Source of the DNA: Octopus sinensis
Taxonomy: Eukaryota
Assembly: GCF_006345805.1 (NCBI RefSeq)
Contig: NC_043003.1
Location: forward strand, 53,754,001 to 53,818,000
DNA length: 64,000 bases
Direction of reading: 5' to 3'
Shown: positions 53,150-64,000 of the stretch, in pieces
Position numbering within the stretch: the stretch's first letter is position 1
Layout: every line of letters starts with the position of its first letter
The notes under the pieces: generated by a model
Seen by the model: only the letters and a program-made list of their open reading frames with translations
Databases searched by the model: none
What the model was told of the DNA's origin: nothing
Position numbers and translations under genes: made by a program

Positions 53150-55135
53150 TGGAGACTACCACACAGGTACAACTGTGTTTAGAAATGGGAGCCCCATCAC
53201 TACACTTAATGTATACTCTCACCCATCCGTACGGATGTGTAAGTGTATCTCCGGTGTATATGTTGAGGCTTATATGTAGAGTTGTTGATTGAACGTCGTT
53301 GTAATTGTGAATGAATGGGTAGAGTTGGGAATTGTAACCGTGTGGTGGACTAGTGTTGTTTGGAATTGTGAATGGATTAGGGTGGTTATGAGGTAGGCAT
53401 TGAGTATGGGTTACTGTAAGTTGTTTGTTAGAGTTGCTAGGGTGAGCTAAAGCTCATAAATGTATATAATTGATTTTTCATGATAGTTTTTAAAGAATCC
53501 ATTCATAATAAATTTTTTTAAGTAGCGTGGTTTGCTACGTGGAAATAGTTTTTAGTTCCATTTATTATATTTCTCCATTCATACTATGAATGACGTTTAC
53601 TTTCTATGGCGCGTATTCTTTTTTTACATTAGTTATTTCCATGGTAACGTAATTTTGTTTGGTTTTTAACGGCTAAAAATCTAATTTCACTTCATAATTT
53701 GTAACTGAATTGTAAGTATGTATTTGATTTATCCTTATGTCATAATGTTATTTTTGATATTCTGGTTAATTACGATGTATTTATTGTTGTTTTCATAAGA
53801 GTGTTTATGTATATGAGATTGGTTGTGAGTTTTTAATTGTATAATTAATTTATTATCTGTATGAGTGTGGGTGTAAATATTGTTGTATATATCGATTTTA
53901 GTGAGTATGTATATGCGTATATGTGAGGGAGCATATGTATCTGTTGTGTAGTGTGTTTGTGTGTGTGTGTGTTTGTGTGTGAATGTGTATTTGGGTTTGT
54001 TATTTAGGATTTGGGATGTATGTGTTAATTTGTCTGTGTGGGGAGGGAGTGGTTTTTGGTGTATATTGAGGTTAAGTTAGTTATAGGGGTTTGTGTATAA
54101 GTCTTGGGTCTGTGGTTTACGTGTGGGTTTTTTGTGTGTGAATGTTTAGGCTAGGGGGATTGCTATATAAGTTTGTTATAGGGTTTAGCAAAGGGAGATT
54201 TTATCGTTAATGCTTTTATGAGTTTGTGTGTTTATCATGGTTTTTTTTTAGGTAATTTGTGGTATTTTGTCTATTTTAGGTGTTGGTTATTTTTTTACAT
54301 TGTTTCATTCATAATTTTTGAGTGGTGTTCGTTTTGCCACGTGAATAACGGGTGGTGGACTAGCGTTGCTTGGAATGTGAATGGAATAGTGTAGTAGTGA
54401 GGTAGGCATAGAGAATGGGATTGGGTTACTGCAAGTTGTTTGTTAGAGATGCTAAGGTGAGTTAAAGCTCATAAATGTATATAATGTTTTTTGTGGGTGT
54501 GTAAGTATTGTTGTATATGTCGAGTTAGTGAGTATGTATAGGCGTATATGTGAGGGAGTATATGTATCTTTTGTGTGTGAGTGTTTTGCGTGTGAGTGTG
54601 TGTTTGTGTGTGAATGTGTATATGGGTTTGTTATTTAGGTTTTGGGATGTATGTGTTAATTTGTCTGTGTGGGGAGGGAGTGGGTTTTGGTGTATATTGA
54701 GGTTATAAGTTAGTATAGGTATGGTATAAGTCGTGAGTCTGTGGTTTACGTGTGTGTATTTGTGTGTGAATGTTTAGGTTAGGGGGTTTACTTTATAGGT
54801 TTGTTATAGAGTTTAGCAAAGGGAGATTTTATCGTTATATGTTTTTAAGAGTTTTGTTTTATCATGGTTTTTTTTAGGGAATTCGTGGTAATTAGTCTAT
54901 ATTTTCGATATGGATTATATATAGGTTATATATGGATTATATACTTATATTTTTTCATTTATACTTTAATTATTTAAAAGTATTATTTTTATATTTAAAA
55001 TTTTGATTTTTTAGATTGGAAGTCCACCTGAAGATTGTCGATCAAGACAAGAAACGATTGTAGTGGCGGTTTTTTGACTATTTATTAAATTTTATGTATT
55101 GATTAAGTCTTTCCTTGTTTGTTTTGCAAAATAGT
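53150..55135 (+). mobile_element. C-poor, internally duplicated non-coding element ending in a hammerhead; probable Penelope-like (pLTR-type) remnant
   Basis: Strong G/T skew on +; blocks 53335-53470 and 53860-54275 recur at 54350-54487 and 54487-54900; bounded by microsatellites. Confidence 0.5.
55024..55066 (+). ncRNA. Minimal type I hammerhead ribozyme
   Basis: CCAC-CTGAAGA-TTGTC(GATCAA)GACAA-GAAA-C(GATT)G-TA-GTGG: stem I 4 bp, core CUGAAGA, stem II 5 bp, GAAA, GUA triplet; predicted cut after 55062. Confidence 0.78.
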
Positions 55136-55168
55136 GGTTTTGTCTCAAATAATATTTTATATATATAT

Positions 55169-55226
<58 letters not shown>

Positions 55227-57360
55227 CGACGGGCTTCTTTCAGTTTCCGTCTACCAAATCCACTCACAAGGCTTTGGTCGGCACGCAGTGGGACTGAACC
55301 CGGAACTATGTGGTTCGTAAGCAAGCTACTTGCCACACAGCCACTCCTACGCCTGTTCAGGTGTTAACAGTTAACAGTTTTAGTGTGTTTCTGAATGGCT
55401 AATGTGTAACATGTGTCTTCCACGCTGCGATCAATTCACTTTAAAGATTCATTGAAAAATATAGAAATGAAAATATTCTCTGCTTCTATTTAATCCCCTC
55501 TCTCCCTCTTATATACACTCTTTCTCTGTAAGCCCAGAGTTATTTCCCCTCCTAGTTCATTGCCATTGTTTACATCGTCTATTTGTATTTGATCAGGCGG
55601 CGAGCTGGCAGACACGTTAGCACGCCGGGCGAAATGCGTAGCGGTATTTCGTCTGCGTTACGTTGTGAGTTCAAATTCCGCCGAGGTTGACTTTGCCTTT
55701 CATCCTTTCGGGGTCGATAAATTAAGTACCAGTTCCGGACTGGGGTCGATGTAATCGACTTAATACCTATGTCTGTCCCCTCTATGTTTAGTCCCTTGTG
55801 GGTAATAAAGAAATAGGTATTTCGTCTATCGTTACGTTCTGAGTTCAAATTCCGCCGAGGTTAACTTTGCCTTTCATCCTTTCGGGGTCGATAAATAAAG
55901 TACCAGTTTCGCACCGGGGGCGATATAATCGACTCAATCCCTTCGTCTGTCCTTGTTTGTCCCCTCTATGTTTAGCCCCTTGTGGGCAGTAAAGAAATAT
56001 ATTTATATTTGATCCCTCTCACATTACAATCCTTTCTTCCGGTGGCAAAGCAATGTAGTGAACGAAAGGAAAGAAATAAACCTTATTCTGAATCATTTAT
56101 TAAATGTATGTTACTTATGAACTTTTCCTTCATTGTTATTGACTATAATCAGCCTTTGACTTTTGGTCAGAGATTGGACGTTGCTACTTACAAGGATAAT
56201 TCCACTTTTGATTTCAACCACACCAAACAAAAGGTGACTCATGTGTAAGTTGAATTTATCCGCGAAGAAAAACATTTAAATATTTATATTAGTTCGAAGC
56301 TGCAAAAAGGTAAAATAAACGTACCGTTATGTACTAATCAGATATTAATTAAGGTAATGTAAAAGTCTGTCACAGACACACTGATATTGCTTTGAGATTT
56401 TCTCATTACAAAAAGTCTAAGTTGTGTTGAGACTGCTGTTGGACATCAAATTTGATCACAATAACAACATTTGACATGGAATATGTAAGTATTAAATATT
56501 ATGTATTTTGATTTTACGCAAATAAAGCGCCATTAAAGTTTGCTCAGTTAATATACATAAAATTACAAAATTTGAAACAAAATTTTGGTTTCACTTTCAC
56601 TCTAGATGCACCCGAAAATCGCGACTCTTAGAAAATGGAAGTTTCGTTATTTTGAATATTACCATTCTGTAAGGCGTTTACCATTATTTTATTTTAGTTC
56701 GGTAATGTTTTCTGCTTTCATTGTTGAATTCTTATGTTATCGTATTCCGATAAACGTAACTTAGAATACTTCGCCACTTATTCGTTTGTTATGACCACAC
56801 CGTTTTTTTTTTATTTTTATAAATGGACTGCTTGTTTTATGTTTTGAACATGAGAGATTCAGAATTTAATAAGACCCCCCCCCAACCCTCCCACCTCACA
56901 CAAAGAAACGGATTAGAGTTAAAGGATTTACAACTGAGCATAATTTTGCTTGTAATAACTTTTTTGCCTTTCATCCTTTCGGGGGTGGGGGGCGATAAAT
57001 TAAGTACCAGTTGCGTACTGGAATCTATCTAATCGACTGGCCCCCCCTCCCCCAAAATTTCGGGCCTTGTGCCTAGAGGAGAAAAGAATAACTTAGCCTC
57101 TTTGTTATTACTCCTTTTCCATTTCATATGAATGAATATATTTTGTTTGCGAGTGTAATTACATCTTCATCCTTAATAAACAGAATCTGAAACATTATTT
57201 GTAAACTCTTATAGAACTAATGTTTTGGAAAAAAAAAAGCAGTATATTTAGATACTTTAGATTCAAACAAAATATATTTATATACTGATGAGTATATAAG
57301 TCCTCTAACCCTAATTATTTTGTGATTTTAAAAAGAAAATTAAAATTTTATTTTTTGCAG

Positions 57361-57404
57361 ATTCTAGAGATCTGGTGTCCATAAAACATAAAAATTGAAA
57401 GATG
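57361..57404 (+). other. Possible non-coding 5' exon of the zinc-finger gene
   Basis: ttttttgcAG acceptor and GTAAAA donor around 44 nt; a further strong donor (GTAAGT, 56485) lies upstream. Splice-signal pattern only. Confidence 0.25.
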
Positions 57405-59654
57405 GTAAAAAAAAAAAATAAAAGAGAAAGAAACCTTACTAAAAAGGTATATTAAAAACGTTAGATTTGATTTTAAAATAAATGTCCATACTAAGATGAA
57501 AAGGGTCAAAATTTTAAATCATGTCTTTGCTTTTCATGTTGGTAACAAATAATATCAATCATGATAGTGTCATTGAATTTCTGTTGCAAAAAAAATAAAA
57601 TAATAATTATAATAAAGTAGCAGTTAGAATGGAATGAATTGGCCCCTTACATTAAAGAAATCTAGTGAGCTTGAGTTCAATCCCTGAAGGAAGGACACAT
57701 TGGGTACTGATGCAGCCCTAGATATCAGAGTTGAATAAAAGAGTGGATGGTCATAATGGCTTAGTTTGTAGCATTGGTCATCTGCATCAGAGATGATTTA
57801 GGGATCAAACAGCAATGGTGAATGATGCATTTGGAAGAAGAAGAATTTTATGCTTAACTGCTTAGTGGTTTATATACTATTGTGCACAATCTGAAGGTAT
57901 AGCCATACTCTGTAAAAATGTAGATTTCACACAAGGTTTGTATCTTTTATTTGTTTCAGTCATTGGACTGTGACTATGCTGTGGCACACCCTTGAAGGGT
58001 TTAGTTGAATAAATCTACCCCAGTACTTATATTCCATTTCATTTATATAAGTATGGTACTTATTCTACTGGTCTCTTTTGCTGAACTGTTAAGTTACAGG
58101 GATGTAAACAAACCAACACTGGTTGTCAAGCAGTACAGGGTGAGGGGAGGAAGGCAAACACAAGGAGCACGTGCACACACACACACACCTATACGTATAC
58201 AACAGGCTACTCTCAGTTTCCATCTACCAAATTCTCTGCTTGGCCCAGAGATGGGCTATAGTAGCAGATACTTGCCCAAGCTGCTGTGCTGTGAGATAAC
58301 CTGAAACCATGTTGTAAAGTGAGTTTCTTAACCACCGAAATTCTGTTATTCATAAAAAATGTTTATCTCTTCAGTTTACCAGCACTGGCATTGCTCTGTG
58401 GTAAGAAGTTTGCTTACCAACCACAATGTTCTGAGTTCAGTCCCACTGCATGGCACCTTGGGCAAGTGTCTTCTGCTATAGCCTTGGGCCAACCAAAGCC
58501 TTGTGAGTGGATTTGGTAGACGGAAATTGAAAGAAGCCCGTCGTATATATATATGTGTGTATATGTATGTTTGTGTGTCTGTATTTGTCCCCCTCCTACC
58601 ATTGCTTGACAACCTATGTTGGTGTGTTTATGTCCCCATAACTTAGCGGTCCGGCAAAAGAGATTGATTGAATAAGTACTAGGCCTACAAAGAATAAGTT
58701 CAGGGGTCGATTTTTTCCGACTAAAAGTGGTGCTCCAGCATGGCCACACTCAAATGACTGAAACAAGTAAAAGAATAAAAGAACAACCCTTTCTCTTTAT
58801 GTATCTTCTCTGTCTTACATTGTACCTTTATTATTTCAGGTTATCAGATGACATTGAAATAATATCATTTTCTATTTCAGATAACTCGGCGATATTCATC
58901 AACCAATGAAGCTAAAGAAAAATATTATGCAGAATAGATAAAACCCAGTTTATATAAATCTATGGTTGAATTACTGTGAAATATTTCTTCTGAAATGAGA
59001 TTGAAAGAAACATTTCTTTACTTTACTGTTTGTAATAGATAGAAGATAATTTTGCATTCTAATTAAACATTTACATATTTATTATGTAAATATAACTGGT
59101 TTCTTTGCAAGAAATTTCTTGGGAGATATATCTTGGAAAATGAATCTATGTTGGTGTTAATTTTCTTTTTGGTTTCCTGTTACATGACAGGGTTCTGTTG
59201 TAATAATCTCCTGAATCAATCATCTCAAAAATGCTTGCATCCTAATAAATCATCTTTTATAAGACTGTTTGCAGTAGCTTCAGATATTACCACACATCAC
59301 AGTTGATGGAATTATAGCTGGAGGATATCTGTCAAGTACAGTATATATATATACATACATACGTAAAAAGCACCCACTACACTCACGGAGTGGTTGGCAT
59401 TAGGAAGGGCATCCAGCCGTAGAAACACTGCCAAATCTGACTGGGCCTGATGAAGCCTTCCGGCTTCACAGACCCCTGTTAAACCGTCCAACCCATGCTA
59501 GCATGGAAAACGGACGCTAAATGATGATGATGATGATGATACGCACAAAACAAATTTATATATTGCAGTGGAAGAAGAAAAAAATTATGAAAATTGAATA
59601 TTGTGAAAGCCTGAGTTATTTAAGGATTAAAAAAAGACTAATCATCTTGATGAG

Positions 59655-61028
59655 ATGTTGAAACAGAATGGAAAAACATCATTCCACTGTAATATTTGTG
59701 AAAAGTCATTCTCCCAAGAAAGGGATTTAACTACCCATAAATGTATTCATACAGGAAAGAGTCCATATTCCTGTGATTTCTGTGCTAAACCCTTCACTAG
59801 GACAAGTCACCTAATTGCTCACAAACATATTCATACTGGAGAGAAGCCGTATCACTGTGACATCTGTAGTAAATCATTCTCTGATAAAAGTACTTTAACT
59901 AAACACAAACGTATTCATACAGGAGAGAGTCCATATCATTGTACCATTTGTGGTAAATCCTTCTCTCAGACAAATCACTTAACTAGACACAAGTATATTC
60001 ATATTGGAAAGAAGCCATATGACTGTGATATCTGTGGTAAATCATTCACTGCTAAAGGTACCTTAACTACTCACAGACAAAACCATGCAGGAAGGAATCC
60101 ATATCATTGTGATATCTGTGGTAAATCATTCTCTCGAAATTGTGACTTGACCACTCACAAACGTATTCATACAGGAGAGAGACCATATCACTGTGACATC
60201 TGTGGTAAATCATTCTCTACAATAGGTCCTTTAGCTGCTCATAAGCGTACTCATACAGGTGAGAAGCCATATCATTGTGATATTTGTGGTAAATCATTTT
60301 CTATATCAGGTAATTTAAGCAAACACAAACATATTCATACAGGAGATAAGCCATATAATTGTGACATCTGTGGTAAATCTTTCTCTGCCATAAGTTCCGT
60401 AGCTACTCATAAATGCATTCATTCAGGCGAGTTGCCATATAATTGCCATGTCTGTGGTAAATCCTTTTCAATAACAAGTAACTTAACTAAGCATAAACGT
60501 ATTCATACAGGAGAGAAACCATATCACTGTGATATCTGTGGTAAACCGTTCTCTAGAAGTGATGATTTAATTACTCATAAACGTATTCATACAGGAGAGA
60601 AACCATATCACTGTGATATCTGTGGTAAATCATTCTCTATAGTAAGTAACTTAACTAAACACAAACGTATTCATACAGGAGAAAAGCCGTACCACTGTAA
60701 TATCTGTGGTAAATCATTCTCTGCAATGTGTCGCTTAAATATTCACAAGCGTATTCATACGGGAGAGAATCCATATCATTGTGATATCTGTGGTAAATCA
60801 TTCTCTCAAGCAAGTCACTTAATTAGACACAAGCGTATTCATACAGGAGATAAGCCATATCCTTGTGACATCTGTGGGAAATCATTCTCTCAGAGTAGTG
60901 TGTTAACTAATCACAGGCGCATTCATACAGGTGAAAAGCCATATTGTTGTGATATCTGTGGTAAGTCATTTTCTCGAAATAGAGATCTACCTACTCACAA
61001 ATGTATCCTTATAAGAGAGAAGCCATAA
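59655..61028 (+). CDS. Tandem C2H2 (Krueppel-type) zinc-finger protein, 457 aa, 15 intact fingers + 1 lacking its last His
   Basis: Repeated [11 protein letters not shown]-x5-L-x2-H-x3-H units with TGEKP linkers; candidate acceptor tattgcAG at 59567-59568. Confidence 0.92.
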   Translation: MLKQNGKTSFHCNICEKSFSQERDLTTHKCIHTGKSPYSCDFCAKPFTRTSHLIAHKHIHTGEKPYHCDICSKSFSDKSTLTKHKRIHTGESPYHCTICGKSFSQTNHLTRHKYIHIGKKPYDCDICGKSFTAKGTLTTHRQNHAGRNPYHCDICGKSFSRNCDLTTHKRIHTGERPYHCDICGKSFSTIGPLAAHKRTHTGEKPYHCDICGKSFSISGNLSKHKHIHTGDKPYNCDICGKSFSAISSVATHKCIHSGELPYNCHVCGKSFSITSNLTKHKRIHTGEKPYHCDICGKPFSRSDDLITHKRIHTGEKPYHCDICGKSFSIVSNLTKHKRIHTGEKPYHCNICGKSFSAMCRLNIHKRIHTGENPYHCDICGKSFSQASHLIRHKRIHTGDKPYPCDICGKSFSQSSVLTNHRRIHTGEKPYCCDICGKSFSRNRDLPTHKCILIREKP

Positions 61029-62089
61029 CAGTGTGATAATTTTCTCATTCAAGAAAGAAGTCATATTAATATCATTTTTGTGGTGGATCATTCTCTCAAA
61101 TCATTTTAACATAAACATATTCATACATTAGAGTAACCATATCACTCTTATGTCTAGGTTCATTGTATATTCATTAAAGTAAAATTATTATGATTAAATT
61201 ACATCATATTATACATTGCTTATAATTTTGTTGCCCAGAAATTTCTTTGCAGCCAATAGATCTTCAGATATATTCATCATGGCAAATACATCATTGCCAA
61301 ACTTGTAATGCTTTTTACCTATGTTACAAATACATTGCTAAATGGTAGAAGCAGCTGAGAAGAGTTCCAATTGGATCTGGTGAAGTAGGAATGGAGATGA
61401 ATTTCAAAAAGAGTAATATACCTTCTGGCTAAACTGGTTACAACAGACAAGGTACATTGGCTCTGGGGCACCTTAAGTGTTCAGAGGATTGTATTACAGA
61501 CAGTAGCACAAAATATGGAAGCACAGTTATTCATGAGTTATGACCTGGACACTGCCTAGTCTTCTTAGAGCATAAGGAGTTAAAGGGTCTCTGAAGACCA
61601 TTTGCCAAATAAATACAACACATTTCAAGAATAGCAGTTCAAGGACAAAAATTCCATCCTATAATTTGAAACTTTTTTAGAAATCTTGAGAAAGGAGCAG
61701 TGAAGAAATAAAATAAAAATCAAAGTATATTGTGAGCACAAACAATTCTCATTATATAAAGAGAGTGCAACTAAAATTCCAAGCATTGTCAATGAATCAC
61801 AATATTGCAGGACACTAGAATATTTTAGAGACAGTGCTCATAATTTATCTTTATAGTTCAATTTTAACTGTTCTTATTTTCATTTTTGGATTCTATTCTT
61901 AAAAGTAAATTAATTTTGTTTTATGTATACTTGATATTTTGTCATTAAATTTCTTTTTCAATTTTAAAATGTATTGTATTTATGGTGCAAATAGATTTTT
62001 ATACAATGTCTAACATTGTCTTTTAGTGTGCAGATAGAAAAAGAAAAGTAACTTTTCTTCTTTATATCACATCCGGATATTTCTATTTG

Positions 62090-62405
62090 GACTCACGTGT
62101 TTGTAAGAAATGATGCTGTCAAGGGACTGCTTACACCTCCCTACACTGGACCCTATCGCGTTCTTAGAAGCAAACCGAAACTTTTCACTGTGGACATTCA
62201 CGGAGAAAAGAGATTGTCTCTATTGACAGAGTAAAAAAAAAGGCCTTTTCCAAAACATTTTATGCCACTTGCTGACACACCCATCATTCCAGAAACACTG
62301 TCCCACCTCAATCACCACCTCCACTCACCAAAACACCGACTACACAAACGCATTCTTCACCTTACAGGACACGTTCTGGCAGATCAGTTCACTGGACGAA
62401 GGAAT
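62090..62405 (+). mobile_element. Gypsy LTR-retrotransposon integrase C-terminal fragment
   Basis: DAVKGLLTPPYTGPYRVL (GPY/F motif), IVSIDRVK, and PYRTRSGRSVHW. Confidence 0.7.
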
Positions 62406-62912
62406 TGTCTCAGACTATTTACATTTCTTAACTTTGCCTCGCCAGTGACTATTCCGGAGATTAGACTTATGTTGTTATAGACACCGCATTCATATTTTCT
62501 CTCACTCCGTATTATTGTACATTAATATTTTGTTCTATTTGATTGGACACCTTTTTTTGCTGAACTTTTTCCTTGTACATGCTTGCATTGTATTTTTTTT
62601 TTCAATTGTTCATACATCTGTTTTGCCATAGTTCATTCTTCTGTGTCCTCCTAGCGCATACCTACTCCGCCTACATCACTCTTATTCGACCGCTTGGCGC
62701 AGTTACCTCCCCTGACGGCGGCTGCATAATTAGTTGGACAATAGAGGGCATACGCAACATTAAGGTTCTGAGACTCACCTCCTCCTCTTTTGGCATCTTG
62801 ATGTCGTAGAGAGAAGGCGTGATCTATTAGGCTCACACACACCACACGTCAGCTAGCAGACAGAAGGCAAAGCACAGGAGAAGATCATGGCCTCCACGCA
62901 TCAAACCATTTC

Positions 62913-63146
62913 GGATCTTTTCCTTTTGATGGACGGAATTTTCTAGTTAACTAAACAATTTTAAACTTCGTATACTGGTAGAATGTGTCAAAAGAAAACA
63001 TTATTGTAAACAAAATTGAAAACAAAATTGTAATTTGTAAGTTTAACGTAGTTTAATTCTTCGAATTTTAACCAATGAAATGTCAGCATTTGAGCTGAAA
63101 TTATTTGCTGCGTTATCGATATTGTAGACAAACGAGCAGACGCAGG

Positions 63147-63199
<53 letters not shown>

Positions 63200-64000
63200 C
63201 ACACATATTCAGATACATACACACGTACACTTGCACACACACAAATACACACTCTGTCTGTCTGTCTGTCTGTCTCAAACACATGCATATACATTTGCAC
63301 AAGCACATAGTAATTAATATATAAGCGTACACACGTACAAACGGAGATATACACATACACACACAAGCATACATACACGTTCGTGAGTTCGCACTGGTGT
63401 CGATAGAATCGACTTAATACTTTTGTATCTCATGCTTTGTCCCCTCTGTGTTTTGCCCCTTGTCGCAACAAATTTACACAAAAAGTAAATAAACCAGAAG
63501 GGGGGGGGGTCAATGTTTCATCGTTTCAGGGTCGATAGATTAAGTACCAATTACGCACTGGTATCGAGGATTTTTTCCCCAATTTATATCACAGCCTCCG
63601 ACAAGCTGGGGCATCCTTTTATGAAAAAATATTTTTCGGTAAAAAAAATAAAGAAAATATTCAAAAAATATCGTTAATATTTTTATTGGGCGACGAAATT
63701 CATCGATTTAAGAGATATAGCTGTTATTTCTAGCTCATGCAGAAGACAGAAGAGAAGGATGAATAACACGTGTGTGTGTGTGTGCTGTTTACGTTCAACA
63801 GGATATTGTCTGAGTTTTTAGACGCAGCAAATGATTTTAGCTCAAATGCTGGCATTTCATTGGTTAAAATTCGAAGAATTAAACTACGTTAAACTTACAA
63901 ATTACAATTTTGCTTACAATAATGTTTTCTTTTGACACATTCTACCTGTATACGAAGTTTCAAATTGTTTTGTTAACTAGAAAATTCCGTCCATCAAAAG
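62913..64000. mobile_element. Related GGATC-ended element with ~190-bp TIRs (right TIR runs off window)
   Basis: 62913-63113 is the reverse complement of 63822-64000 (one 11-bp duplication, few substitutions); interior holds (CA)n and SINE fragments. Confidence 0.85.

Noticed and set aside
53335-54900. Bisulfite or contamination artefact explaining C depletion
   Set aside because: Non-CpG cytosines remain, the two copies are diverged by indels, and the flanks are continuous with normal repeats.
59447-59475. CTGATGA-AGCC-TTCC-GGCT as another hammerhead (also ~24366)
   Set aside because: No GAAA after the hairpin; it is a variant of the RTE tail sequence CCTGGTGCAGCCTTC.
47184-59655. PFAS-zinc-finger fusion gene
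   Set aside because: PFAS ends in a complete conserved C-terminus with stop and poly(A) signal; no sequence evidence of joining exons.

Overview
Eukaryotic, AT-rich, repeat-dense genomic DNA. The dense SINE-like repeats, (TA)n/(CA)n/(ATC)n microsatellites and the [10 protein letters not shown]-type C2H2 array point to a coleoid cephalopod, most likely Octopus (inference). Two host genes lie on the + strand. (1) PFAS (large-type PurL, FGAM synthase): I traced 23 coding exons from 327 to the stop at 47184, all with GT-AG boundaries and consistent phases, 3,869 coding nt (~1,288 aa); the first ~40-50 codons lie upstream of the window. (2) A single-ORF C2H2 zinc-finger gene (59655-61028; 15 intact fingers plus 1 broken) whose N-terminal leader and extra C-terminal fingers are visibly decayed. 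Introns and intergenic DNA hold tRNA-type SINEs, RTE, R4/Dong-like and CR1-like LINE fragments, a Merlin transposase pseudogene with GGATC-ended MITEs, piggyBac-like, Tigger-like and mariner MITEs, a Gypsy integrase fragment and a 47-copy 32-bp minisatellite. The most notable unannotated signal is an intact-looking minimal type I hammerhead ribozyme (55024-55066) at the end of a 2-kb C-poor, internally duplicated, apparently non-coding element. Two decayed hammerhead-like motifs sit in a PFAS intron, and all three lie shortly upstream of (TA)n tracts, suggesting Penelope-type or retrozyme-like elements. Other oddities: a 99%-identical 100-bp inverted repeat with fold-back scars, a duplicated 3' splice site plus partial exon in the last PFAS intron, and two Ser codons in UAG context at positions that are Gly in vertebrate PFAS (candidate A-to-I recoding). 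All alignments were done by eye; family names and cross-species comparisons come from memory and need database confirmation.
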